From: Octopus sinensis
Taxonomy: Eukaryota
Length of the DNA: 64,000 bases
Direction: 5' to 3'
Assembly: GCF_006345805.1 (NCBI RefSeq)
Contig: NC_043003.1
Span: 94,240,001 to 94,304,000, forward strand
The first letter of the stretch is position 1. Each line of letters starts with the position of its first letter. Positions 1 to 12,617 of the stretch are shown in pieces. Both the position numbers and the translations under genes were made by a program. Below the pieces are notes generated by a model, which searched no databases, was not told the origin of the DNA, and saw only the letters and a list, made by a program, of their open reading frames with translations.

Positions 1-307
1 CTATTTCATATTTAAATATGAAAAATTAAATTTATTAGGTTTTCATTATATACAGTTATTTATAGAGATTATTTTAAATCTTGATTATAATATTTATATA
101 TATTTTCATTTCATTTTAAATATTTATGTAATTAGATATAGACAAATATTGATATGACCTTATAAATTAAAGTTAATATTTAACATTATAGTCGATTTCG
201 ATATAATCATATTTGATAATAGAGTTTATTATAACTAAAATTATTATATTATATTATATATATTATTTATATCTTAAAAATATTGATTATATTTTAGATA
301 TTTAAAC

Positions 308-371
308 CACCTGATGAATGACTGTAACTCGAAAATTTAAAGAAATTAACAGCCATGAAACGATCGTAGTG
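308..371 (+). ncRNA. Type I hammerhead ribozyme motif in an AT-rich PLE-like repeat
   Basis: Stem I cac/gtg; core CTGATGA (311-317); stem II atgactgt/acagccat; GAAA (357-360); palindromic stem III ACGATCGT; GTA cleavage triplet. Confidence 0.75.
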
Positions 372-582
372 ATATATTAATTATATTTTTTTAATAATTT
401 TGTTATATATTTAAATAATATAAATTAAATAATCTTATGTATTGGCTTAAGTTTTTCATTGTATGATTTGCCTAATAGTGGTTTTGTCTCTAATTTAATA
501 TAATATAATATTTTACTATAAAATTGGATTCAATCCTAAATCTGATTTTTCCCTGTAATTTTGGATTTATTCCCTAATATTT

Positions 583-614
<32 letters not shown>

Positions 615-1699
615 TTATATATATATATATATATGCACACACCTATTCATGTATGCATGTCTATGTGTGTGTGTATTTTATTGATATTACATTTAATATT
701 TAATTTCATATGTATGTGTAGGTTGTATATGTTTGTGTAAGTGTGAAATTTATAAATTACATATAATTTACGATAAGAAAATTCACTTTCATTATGGTTA
801 AAATACCAGCGACTCTAGAGCAAAATCTCTCACTATAGTTCGCCTGCATTCAGCGTTTCTGACTATTACCCATCCCCACTCCATTTGTTGCTTTAGTTCC
901 CTCTACCAGCATGACCGACGTCGAACACATGTTTTATCATATGTAAGATTGGGAGAATGTAAACATCGTTCTACGTTGTTGCTTCTGTTTTGTATCTGAG
1001 ATTGATGTTCATGTACATACTTTGTTCATGTTCACTACTTTGTCAGAACGCTTTATTCACGGGTCAGATTTCGCAGAGATTTAGCGGGGATCTGCCTGGA
1101 GGAGTGATTCCTAGTCCCGCCTACTTGTTTACCTGTAAATGAAATAGAAATGAGCATCAATACTAAGAATTCGTGTGGCTCACAAAATCATATAGTAATA
1201 AAATATTTTGATTATTCATAGCCGGATTGATACTAATGAAGGGTAGATCAGCACTTTTGGTATTAATATATAGACAACTATTTTCCAACATTTTCAGAGA
1301 TAATAAACAACAGCAATAGAAAGAATGATAATAAAGAAGAGTCTGTTTGAAACTCAACAAAATATTTGGATATAGAGAGAGTCTAATATCTTATCAAAAC
1401 GATTATATTGCTTCTACTAGTAAGGAATAACTTAATTTTGCAACATTCAATAAGAAATTAAATTTCATTAAACCTACTTCTGAAAGAGAGTTTCTGATAA
1501 AAGGATATTTTATCTAAATTATAGATCAGAGCATTTGGATGTTACCTTTTTATTTTATTTTAAATGTGTATTGGAAAAGTAGTTTCAAGATAGCATGTAA
1601 GTTTGAAAATGTTTGAAAGATGATAATATCACCGAGAAAAATAGAATTAGTTTGAGAGGTGACAGAATTATTGCAAACAGTAGAAGTAGCAATAAAATT

Positions 1700-2200
1700 T
1701 GAAATAATTATGATTTTCTATAGATTCTTGTTAATTTCTGGCAATCTAGTTGAATAGATCGGTTTAGAAAACAATTACTTCGTCGATTTTCAGGAGAAAT
1801 ATGTTGCAGCATAAAATCTGCTAGGTCATCACCCAGCATTGACGAATTTTGAATGAAACGAGATACACGTCTAAGGTTCGCAATCAAAAAAAAATGAGGT
1901 GTAATTTTTTCATATCCTTTGGACATTTGCATGAAGCAAGAAAATAAAAGAATCGGAAAATTAAGTTAATTTACCTCCTTATAATCGTTCATCATTAAAA
2001 TGTAAGCCGATGACTGTTATAACCTCAGGTAAGAGTGATTCTCTAAAATTTGATGGCAATGATTAAGAAATACGGATGAATTGCCGCTGTCCTTCCGCTC
2101 TAATAAGCATCTGTCACAAAGTGAAGAAGATGAACCAGATTTTCCTTTGCTAAAGTCTTGATTTCAAGTGTTGGGCACAAATAGTACACCGATGCATGTA
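1700..2200 (-). mobile_element. Possible highly decayed LINE 3' fragment
   Basis: Frameshifted minus-strand reading C-K-C-P..GYE..HFF.DC resembles a LINE C-terminal CCHC knuckle. Weak evidence. Confidence 0.25.
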
Positions 2201-3284
2201 TAATTCGATTGGTTGAATTAGCTCGAACATCCAATGACCCGCTAAGTAATCCCTAATGAGTTTCTTTAAAGTATCAGATGATTATATTACATTTATTATA
2301 TCAAATTTATTTTGTGTTAGTTTTGTGTTAGTATTCAATGCAATTAATACGATATTTTATCTTACATAATTATTCCACTTGATATAACTACGAAAGAGCT
2401 AACTGATTTGTAAATCTGTTGCATTGCTTCTTAAATAACACAAATTAAAGACCGAAAAGCAATGGCAAGGATGTGAGCAAAAGCGACCTAAGTGAGAGAT
2501 AGATGTGTTGGGCTTCACGTTTTTACCAAATTAATTTACGTCTCTTTTCTCAAATAATTCCTCATATAGTGCAATATTTGTAAGTGAGAAGTGTTACACT
2601 TCACTTCATCCCATACGATTTCAATTAAGAAATTGTTTCCTTCTTATCATATTAGTCAATCTTTCTGAAATATTTTCTACAAGCGTATCCCTTTATTATT
2701 CATCATTATGTGCCATGTTTTAACAATGCATTGGCGTATTACAGTGTGAAAGACTGGAAACTGTTGTATTGGAGGAAAGGTTTGCTGCACGCTATGCTCT
2801 GCGTCTTTGTCATAGTGACGTGCCCTCCACACTATGGAATTAAGAAGAAAAGTGAGAGAGATGAGAGATCTAATATTTGATTCCTACGTTGTTTATCAAC
2901 CTCCAGAAGAACAAATGGCGAAGTTGATACGGCGGGATTTGAACGCAAAATGCAAACAACTGTAACAAATACTACCAAGCATTTGTTTAACTTTCTAAAT
3001 ATTTTATTAATCGATCACCCATGTTTTATAATTTACTAGTTATAAATACACCTCCATTTGCAAGATATAACATCCCATTTACTAGATAACATACCGCAAT
3101 TCAGAATTAATACATTTTTCGTTGTGCTAATAGTATCCCTAGTATGCCATTAAGCTTCCTTAATTGCATCTTTAATGTTTTTGAGAAATTTTCCTTTCAC
3201 TAATTTCTGCGGTTTCATTCTGTAAAATTAACTTTGGATTAGCTTTGATTTTTACATATATGCATATATTCATTTATTAATATA

Positions 3285-3352
3285 TACATACACACATACA
3301 TACACACACACATACATACATACATACATACATACATACATACATACATACA

Positions 3353-3383
<31 letters not shown>

Positions 3384-3385
3384 TA
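3285..3385 (+). repeat. (TACA)n microsatellite, representative of dozens of (TA)n/(TG)n/(TACA)n tracts
   Basis: Directly visible. Confidence 0.95.
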
Positions 3386-3644
3386 CATACATATATATTA
3401 ATGTTTATACATATATGCAATATATGTATACATACGCTTGCGCGCATACACAAACTCAAACACACCTATATATACTGAAAAAGTTATAGCCTCAAAGGAA
3501 GTTTGTTAAGATTTTGAAATAGATGACAAAAGATTAATGTTTGATACTCTCTAGATGTTTATTCGAACAGCATCAAAACAAAACTATAACGCATAGCATG
3601 GAAACGTGTAACATTTAATAGTTCCTATAAGCAACATAAAATAA

Positions 3645-3840
3645 AAATCGTTAGCACGGCAGGGAAAAATGCTTAGTGGCATTCCGTCCGTCTTTACGTT
3701 CTAGGTTCAAATACCATGAAAGTCGACTTCACTTTTTATTATTTCAGGATCGATAAAATAAGTACCAGTTGAGCATTGAGATCGATCTTATCGACTTAAC
3801 CCACCCCTTGAAAATTTTGGCAATGTGCCAAAATTTGAAT
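3645..3840 (+). mobile_element. SINE family B (tRNA head, Deu/Nin-like domain), diverged copy
   Basis: aatcgttagcacg..gttcaaat..gtcgactt..gataaaataagtaccag matches the other family B copies in the window. Confidence 0.75.
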
Positions 3841-5616
3841 CCTGTATATCCAGAGTGACATAGTTGCTTATATACATTCATATTGAAACAATTAGAAAGG
3901 ATCATCGACAAAATATTCGATTACTATGTTACAATCCCTAGCGTGCTGATGGTTCTGGCTTGTTTGAACTATCATGCTACACAGCTATAATCTTCGCCAT
4001 GACATTTATGCAGTGTCTCTTGCTTCGAACTCATACCGAGGCTGTTGACATAGCAATCTACCTGCAACTTCGACCCCCTGGGATTTTCTTCTGATTTACG
4101 TTTGCCTACAGCCATGGAATAGTGTTTACTGAAGCTAAAACATCAAATGCGTTCTGCAGTTTCGGGATTGTCAATATTTTACATTCATTACACAAACACA
4201 CTCATACACAACATGTCCATAGTCAGTCATACACTTTGAGAGCAACACCTAATTTGCAATGTGAAATTTGTAACGTTGTCGTATGGAACACGATAGATAT
4301 GAGGCTATACAAATACAGACACCCGCACGCACATGTATATTTACATGCATATATGTGTGTATGTATGGGTAGGTATCTATGAGTCTATGCATATACACAA
4401 AACACACACAAACATGCAATCACACGCACACACATACGCATACACATAAGCACGCATACCATATCTATAGGTTCCTGACTTTCAAAAGCAGTATGTTACA
4501 AAGTGTTTGTAACATTTTTCGATAGCAAGTCATAAATGCAGTTGTGCTTTACTCCAAAAACATTCAAAATAGGTCACTACCAGCGTCTATAGTCATTTAA
4601 GTCAAGGACTAGCAAACTATCTCTACATTTTCTCAAAACGGTTTCTCGAAATTCAGGAAATAAATATCTGAGATGCCCGAGATTAAATAAAGCATCGTTG
4701 ATAAAGCTACATCACACTGTAATGGAACATGATATTATAATGTAGACACTACCTTGCAAAAGAGTTTCAGATATCAAAGTTGCCAGCTAAATCACTCAAT
4801 TAGAAGTAAGACCCCTCCGATGGCCATCTTTGGAGGAGTTTTTCTCTGGATAAGTTCCACTTGGCTAAATGTCCAGCATTTTTTAATATCAAGTCGTTAG
4901 CCATCAGATTAATGAAAGACGTGGAATGATTGCCTCTTGATGAGCATAGTACTGAAAGAAGTACATTTACTCACCCTTTTCAACACCTTACTAGCTCAGC
5001 CATCTCTTCTGATCTGCAGCATAGTCTTACTCCTAACTCTATTTTGAGGAAATATAATCGGCTAATCTATTGCTTTGCAAAAAGAGATTTGTTCTATTTA
5101 TATTTTATTAAATGACCGTATATCTAAGTGTGAAGAAATCCGATTAATAATGGACAGAATCTTCAAGAGATTTTCAATAAATATATATTTTTACATCAGA
5201 AACTGAGTAAAATGTTTTTGTCTCTCAACTTAAACGTATATGTATAGTCAATGGACGCACAGTCACAAATATACATAAACATGTTTATATATATATATAT
5301 ATATATACATATATATGTGCGTGTGTGTGTATGCATGTGCTATGTGTTTGTGTGCGTATGTGCGTGTGTGTGTATGTGTGTGTTTGTGTATGTATGTGTG
5401 TATGTGTGTGTGTGTATTTGTGTATGTATGTGTGTATGTATTTATGTATTATGTATGTATGTATATAGATATATATATATATATATGTGCGTGCGTGTGT
5501 GGCTATGTGGTAAGAAGCTTGCTTACCAAACACAAGGTTGCGGGTTCAGTCCCACTATGTGGAACCTTCGGCAAGTGTCTTCTATTCCGTAGACGGAAAC
5601 TGAAAGCAGCCTGTCA

Positions 5617-5660
<44 letters not shown>

Positions 5661-5793
5661 CGCGTGTGTGTATGTCTGTGTGTGTGCGTGCGCGTCTGTA
5701 TTTATGTGTGTGTGTCTTTTTGTCTGTATTTGTTGCCCCACCATCGCTTGACAACCGAGGCTGGTGTGTTTGCATCCTTGTAATTTAGCGGTT

Positions 5794-5890
5794 CAGCATA
5801 TGGCGAAGTGGTTAAGAGCGCAGGCCACTAACCCCAAGATTCCGAGTTCGATTCCAGACAGTAACCTGAATAATAATAATAATAATAATG

Positions 5891-5938
<48 letters not shown>

Positions 5939-6118
5939 TCGAAAAATATCTTAGGAATGATAACAGTTTCGAAATTTTCCCAACACACCTGGTGAATGCT
6001 GGAGGGTATATCAGCCGAAACGTTGTGTTAACAACAAACAAGATGAGGACAAATATCCATCAAATGCAGATAACCCAAATGACGTACACATTTCCTCATC
6101 TCTTAAATATAGAACTGT
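5794..6118 (+). mobile_element. tRNA-derived short element with an (AAT)n body and an HHR-like tail
   Basis: A box TGGCGAAGTGG (5801-5811); B box GAGTTCGATTCC (5844-5855); (AAT)n at 5869-5936; HHR-like motif at 5985-6028. Confidence 0.75.
5985..6028 (+). ncRNA. Minimal HHR-like motif with an A6>G core variant (probably inactive)
   Basis: acac CTGGTGA at gctg..cagc c GAAA CG TT gtgt. Confidence 0.6.
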
Positions 6119-6260
6119 TTTAGCAAAAGAGATTGATAGAATAAGTGCTAGGCGTACAAAGAATAAGTCCTAGGGTTGATTTGTTCGGTAAAACCCATGA
6201 AGGCGGTGCTCCAGCATGGCCGCAATCAAATGACTAAAACAAGTATACATATATACACAT

Positions 6261-7078
6261 ACACATGGCCTGATCAATAAGTATCCGGACTGTTGCCATA
6301 GTAACGAAGCTAAAGCACTCAGAGTGAAGCTGCTTGTCATAGATTGATTTTGGACTTAACTGTGCATGCATACTAAGGTTTAACGCTCTAGATCACTCTC
6401 TCTGTTTACAGCAATGCTTGGGATGAACGTGTGTATCATGGATTCGTCGCATTGAACATGGCAGAGTAAGTTGAGCAGATAATCTACATCAAATTTTGCC
6501 AAAAGCTTTGCGATACCTGCTCAGAGGCCTACGCAAAGTTTTTAAAAAGTCTTTATCGTTCTCGACACAATCAAAGAAATCTTTTGCTACTGAAAGCCGT
6601 GTGTCTCTTTGGTTAGCTGAAAGAAGTTTTGGTACAAAAATGTGAGCCACGCGTCTCATAGCCAAATCTTCAGTGATGATGGACTGAACTGAACCGTAAC
6701 TTATCTGCACATCCTCTGTTAACTCACGGATGATAATTCGACGATTCCCCCTCACAGTTGCATGCAGATCTGCGATGTTCTTCTCAGTACTTCTCGTTGC
6801 GGGTCACCCAGGACGTTCGTCACTATTGATGACATCTTTTCTACCATCTTGGAAACGTCTAAACCAATTGTACACTTGTCTACGGATTTCTCCAGCTTTG
6901 AGTAGGTCTCTGAGCAGGTATCGCTATGACAACTTTCTTTGTCATGGTCAATGCAACGATCACACGCTACACACCTTCCTTCCCAAAACTTGTAAACAGC
7001 GGAAGTGAGCTAGAACGTTAAAACATTGTGCGCATTCACAACAGAGTTCAAGGTCACTCTGTGCCAATCGGCTTCAAA
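6261..7078. mobile_element. Mariner-family remnant made of two converging 5' halves
   Basis: + arm encodes MAE*VEQIIYIKFCQKLCDTCSEAYAK from 6458. - arm encodes DTCSETYSKL..VYNWFRRFQDGR..DERPG..RRIIIRELTEDVQISYGSVQSIITEDLAMRRV..FVPKLLS (mariner HTH region to the WVPHxL-like motif). Confidence 0.85.
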
Positions 7079-7100
7079 CAAATACAAATTGACATGCGTG

Positions 7101-7167
<67 letters not shown>

Positions 7168-7195
7168 ACACACACACACACACACACATATGTAC

Positions 7196-7618
7196 TCTTT
7201 TATTTTTTTACTTGTTTCAGTCATGTGACTGTGGCCATGCTGGAGCACCGCCTTTGGTCGAGCAAATCGACCCCAAGAATTATTCATTGTAAGCCTAGTA
7301 CTTATTCTATCGGTCTCTTTTGCCGAACCGCTAAGTTTACGGGGACGTAAACACACCAGCATCGGTTGTCAAGCGATGTTGGGGGGACAAACACAGACAC
7401 ACAAACATACACACGCATACATATACACACACATACATACATATATATATACATATATACGACGAGCTTCTTCCAGTTTCCGTCTACCAAATCCACTCAC
7501 AAGGCTTTGGTCGGCCCGAGGCTATAGTAGAAGACACTTGCCCAAGGTGCCACGCAGTGGGACTGAACACGGAACCATGTGGTTGGTAAGCAAGCTACTT
7601 ACCGCACAGCCGCTCCTA
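7196..7618 (-). mobile_element. SINE family A, near full-length
   Basis: Reverse complement of the 59531-59930 copy. Confidence 0.9.
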
Positions 7619-8503
7619 TATGGCTATGTAAATACATAAATATACGTTTATGTATTTGTTTTGCAACGATTCCTGATGTGCAATTGTGTGTTGAAACAGA
7701 TATTGTTACATTTCGGGATGACTTTTGTTTTAGCCAAATAAACACACGTACCCTATATTCATTCTTCACTTCAGATTTATTTCATTATTGTTGTTATTTT
7801 ATCTCCTACCTTGTAACCTTTTCAGCGGCTCTCCATCCCACGTGTCTCTCCCTGTCCTGTCTTTCAGGAAAGAGAGAGAAGAGGAGAGTGAAAGAGAGTG
7901 AAAGGAAGAGAAAGAGAGATTAATAAGTGTTGATATACATGTGTGTGCGAGCCACATTTTTTATTTGTTTCAGACATTGTGCTGGATCATCCTGCTACCA
8001 TGCTAGGGCACAGCATAAAAGGGTTTAATCCATTAAATAGTACTTCTTTTGAAGCATTTTCTTTGAAGACTAGTCGGTGTTTTTTCTCGAACTGGTAAGT
8101 TACATGGTCAAAGCCGATTGTCAAGCAGGGATGTAGGAGATGTACACACAAGTACACACCTAATCAGAGATGACAGGCTTCTGCACATTTTGCGTTTACC
8201 GAACTCAACCACACTCAGTGTTTGTATCGCATCTCCGCTTGACAACCGATATTGTATGTGTCTGCGTCTCCCGTAATTTAGCGGTTCGGGAAAAGAGGCC
8301 GATAGAATAAGTACCAGGCTTTAAAACAAAAAATAAATCCTAGGGCCCATTTGATCGATTAAAACCCTTCAAGCCTGAATGAAACAACTAAAGGATAAAA
8401 TAAGATTATATATATATGTGTATGTGTGTGTGTGTTAAATATATTTGTGTGTGTTTGTGTGTGTATACACTCACACACATGTGTATGTATGTATATACAT
8501 ATT

Positions 8504-8553
<50 letters not shown>

Positions 8554-8559
<6 letters not shown>

Positions 8560-8832
8560 TACTTTAAGGGTACGGAAGAGGCACCACCATTCCCGAAATA
8601 GCAGTCAAAGCTGACACTAGAACCATATCGTGTATTCATATAGCACAGGTGAAAATATATATGAACAAAGAAATTAATTAAAAAAATGAATGGTGAACCC
8701 CAGATCGACGGTTTCAGGCTGAAATCATCTTTTCATCTGTGCAATATGAATACATGATGTGGTTCTAGTGTCAGATTTGACTGCTATTTCTGGCATGGTG
8801 GGGCCTCTTCGGTACCCTCAATTATAACTATA
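8554..8832. repeat. Fold-back with imperfect arms of about 100 bp
   Basis: agggtacggaagaggcaccaccat..gaaatagcagtcaaa..ctgacactagaacca is mirrored by tggttctagtgtcag..tttgactgctatttc..atggtg..cctcttcggtaccct. Confidence 0.85.
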
Positions 8833-8964
8833 TTTTATATTATTATATATCTATAATAATTATTACATATACGGTTTTTCTATGCTGGACACTTGATATG
8901 ATCGTTATTCTAAATAATGGTTTTATCCTTTGTGTGTGTGTATATATATATGTCCGGCATTCGC

Positions 8965-9152
8965 AATGATAGATTACTAGCCGCTACACATTCTTTAATT
9001 TCTCTCCTTGTTTCTTTCTGTGTTCCCTTCTGTGGAAGAGCGTAGGCTCGAAACGTTAAAGACTTTTTTACTTCCCGAGCGTTATACTAATACATTTGTT
9101 TGTTGTCTACACCACCTGTCTTCGTCTTTTGCTTTTTTTTGTGAATTCTCCC

Positions 9153-9153
<1 letters not shown>
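8965..9153 (+). mobile_element. Short pyrimidine-rich repeat with a minimal HHR-like motif (family H)
   Basis: ttCTGTGGAagagcgtaggctcGAAACGTTaaag. Related copies at 16461, 24984, 28068, 29148 and 57033. Confidence 0.7.
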
Positions 9154-9207
<54 letters not shown>

Positions 9208-9414
9208 ATATATATTTAATTAGAGGATATGTTAACATCAAGAAGGAATGGTTTCATCCAAGGAAATACTGGTTCAATAACTAGAATTTTGGGGGAGAGA
9301 ATTTCCTTAAAATAATAGATGTGCTCCAGCATGGCCGCAGTCAAATGACTGAAACAAGTAAAAGAGTAAAAGAGAGTAAGAGTATATATAAAGCATATAG
9401 TTTATATCTATTTA

Positions 9415-9558
9415 AAAGAAGAAAAGAAAATGGATATCAGAGAGTTAATAATTGTTTACTATGAACAACAAATTGGTTGTCTTCAGCGAATATGACCAAT
9501 TTGTTGTTCAAAATAAGCATTTATTAACTTCCAAATCTCCATTTTCATGTCTTCTTTT
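9415..9558. repeat. Hairpin with arms of about 65 bp (duplicated at about 12070-12214)
   Basis: Perfect 16-bp core tgaacaacaaattggt/accaatttgttgttca with imperfect extension. Confidence 0.85.
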
Positions 9559-9892
9559 GCATATATATATATGCTGATATAAATGTGTGTGTGTGTATGT
9601 GTGTGCGTGTGTGTGTTTGTGTATTTACTAATATATGGTTCAAAACAGATATGCAATTTATGTAGGTTTTTTTTTAAATATTGTTTGGTTTAAGAAGCTA
9701 CATCAGGCGCCACGACAGATATAAGATGTAAGTAAAAGTGGTGGCCTGACTCTGCATGAGGAGTAGACAGCCAAGAAATATTTGTGTGTTAAATATATTG
9801 TGTGTGTTTGTTTGTCTATACATTCACACACATGTGTATGTATGTGTATATATATATATATATATATGTATGTGTATATATATATATATGTA

Positions 9893-9946
<54 letters not shown>

Positions 9947-9947
9947 T

Positions 9948-11122
9948 GATAGACTAAGTTATATTAATGTAGGTTCATGCCATCCCCCTATAGTATTCAA
10001 AAATTTAGTTAAAAATATTAGTAAGAGGATTTCTAGCCTCTCATCTAATGAGGACATCTTCAATAGCGTTGCCCCAGTTTATAATAAAGCTTTAAAAGAT
10101 AGTGGTTTTAGCGAAAAAATAAAATATACACCTATCACCAGCCCAACAATAAGGAAAAGGAATAATAGAAATAGGAAGGTCATCTGGTTTACGCCCCCTT
10201 ACTCACCCGAGGTGGCCTTCAATATAGGTAAATATTTCCTAGCACTGATAGATAGACATTTTCCAGTTAACCATGCTTATAGGAAACTCTTTAATAGACA
10301 CAATTTAAAAATTAGTTTTAGTTCAACTACCAATTTTAAAAACATAATCAATCATAACATACAAAAAACACAAGAAGAAAACAGCTGTTCATGCAGGAAT
10401 AAAGAATTGTGCCCGCTAAATGGAGCTTGCATGTCCAAGACCATCATATATGAAGCTACCGTAAACTCTATAACCACTAAAGACACCGTTTCGACGAAGA
10501 AATACGTGGGCCTGACAGAGGGTAATTTCAAGGCCAGGTTCAATAACCACACTTTGAGCTTTAGGCACTGGAACAAAAGAAAAGCGACACAATTATCCAA
10601 TCATATTTGGTCTTTAAGAGATAAAGGTGTCGATTATAACATACAATGGAAGATTTTGGCCAGATGTAAGCCCTATACTAACGGCAGCGGAAGGTGCGGT
10701 TTATGCGACATGGAGAGATGGCTTATCTGGAAAAGCAGCTTAGACCCTACCACATGTCTAAATACAAGGACAGAGCTTTTCGGATCATGCCCACATGTGA
10801 CTAAATTCTGTTACGTTTTTGGTCCCCTAAAGAAAACGGATAGAACATGCTTTCTGTGTTATGTCCCAAGAAGATTTTATATATTTTTATATATTTTTAT
10901 ATATTTTTATGTATTTTTATATAATTTTTATGACGAAAAATGCGAGCGATGTATAAGTACGCAGGCAAAGCAGAGTTATAACAGAGTAATTTCCCTTCAT
11001 TTTTAACGGTATTTTTTCATAACGTTTTCAAATAGCCAGATAACCGAAGAGATGGTGTTGTGGATTTCCACTTCGGCATCTGAAACTCAGAGTTTTATCT
11101 TGACTACCGAGTAATGTAACAT

Positions 11123-11128
<6 letters not shown>
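9948..11128 (+). mobile_element. 5'-truncated Penelope-like element (Naiad-type): RT thumb, zinc-finger linker, GIY-YIG endonuclease, 3' region; copy 1
   Basis: YINVGSCHPP (thumb); CSCRNKELCPLNGAC (CxCx5Cx5C); IIYEATV..YVGLTEGNFKARFNNH (GIY-YIG); RCGLCDME..CPH. One-base indel near 10806 relative to copy 2. Confidence 0.9.
11039..11099 (+). ncRNA. HHR-like motif at the PLE 3' end (U4>C variant; second copy at 13710-13770)
   Basis: gataa CCGAAGA gatg..catc t GAAA ctcagag TT ttatc. Confidence 0.6.
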
Positions 11129-11196
<68 letters not shown>

Positions 11197-12507
11197 TATT
11201 TATGTATATGTGTGTATATATAGATGTGTGTGTGCTTGCATGTGTAAACTAATCTTCGGAAAGTAATAGTAACATTTGTATCATTAGTTTTGGACATATT
11301 CTGAAGCTGCGTGCAATAATGTATATTGCACCCGATAAATAGTATATTCTGAAGTGTAGGAGAACATTTGATAACATCTAGTTACGGATGGCTGTTAAAC
11401 ACGCTAGTAATATTATCTAACACTGAGAAGGGATAATCATATACGAATATATCCATGTGTGCATGAGTGTGCATAAGTATGCACGTGTGTACGTATGTGT
11501 TGATAACATTGAATATTCTATTTTCTCATCGGATATATGACTGAACAGATATTTTTCGCATGCCAGCTACACTTATCTGTGCGTTCAATGTCCAAATACA
11601 ACTCTTTTAGCTTAAGTGGAAAACTTCATAACATAAACAAAAAGGAAAACAGATTTCGTTTACTGGAAACATCCATAAAACGGATAAAAAAATCATAGGC
11701 TTTGCGCGAGAAATGACTATGAATATAATTTGTCCGAGATTTACGGATAATAAAGTGATTCATAATTTACAACAATCTAAAATTCCGAATATACAAATAC
11801 CATGCTAGCAAATCTTAAAAGATGTGTGTGTGTGTGTATGTGTGTGTGTGTGTGTGTGTAAATATATATATTTAATTAGAGGATATGTTAACATCAAGAA
11901 GGAATGGTTTCATCCAAGGAAATACTGGTTCAATAACTAGAATTTTGGGGGAGAGAATTTCCTTAAAATAATAGATGTGCTCCAGCATGGCCGCAGTCAA
12001 ATGACTGAAACAAGTAAAAGAGTAAAAGAGAGTAAGAGTATATATAAAGCATATAGTTTATATCTATTTAAAAGAAGAAAAGAAAATGGATATCAGAGAG
12101 TTAATAATTGTTTACTATGAACAACAAATTGGTTGTTTTCAGCGAATATGACCAATTTGTTGTTCAAAATAAGCATTTATTAACTTCCAAATCTCCATTT
12201 TCATGTCTTCTTTTGCATATATATATATGCTGATATAAATGTGTGTGTGTGTATGTGTGTGCGTGTGTGTGTTTGTGTATTTACTAATATATGGTTCAAA
12301 ACAGATATGCAATTTATGTAGGTTTTTTTTAAAATATTGTCTGGTTTAAGAAGCTACATCAGGCGCCACGACAGATATAAGATGTAAGTAAAAGTGGTGG
12401 CCTGACTCTGCATGAGGAGTAGACAGCCAAGAAATATTTGTGTGTTAAATATATTGTGTGTGTTTGTTTGTCTATACATTCACACACATGTGTATGTATG
12501 TGTATAT

Positions 12508-12538
<31 letters not shown>

Positions 12539-12559
12539 GTATGTGTATATATATATGTA

Positions 12560-12602
<43 letters not shown>

Positions 12603-12617
12603 TATATATACATATAT

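Larger units (their letters stand above)
5497..6244 (+). mobile_element. SINE family A (tRNA head, CORE-like segment, internal TG tract), interrupted by a nested element
   Basis: Aligns to the 59531-59930 copy on both sides of the 5794-6118 insertion. Tail ccagcatggccgcaatcaaatgactaaaacaagta. Confidence 0.85.

Noticed and set aside
5794-5868. Functional tRNA gene
   Set aside because: The boxes are present, but there is no convincing acceptor stem or terminator. It reads as a SINE-type head.
9756-9947. N-terminus of the 416-aa ORF
   Set aside because: It is read-through of flank and (TA)n. PLE homology starts at 9948, and the C-terminal tail after about 10806 results from a one-base indel.
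10930-10980. SECIS element or second HHR after the PLE ORF (atgacgaaaaatgcg..cgca)
   Set aside because: SECIS helices cannot be built, this ORF fragment has no in-frame TGA, and the HHR GAAA is missing.
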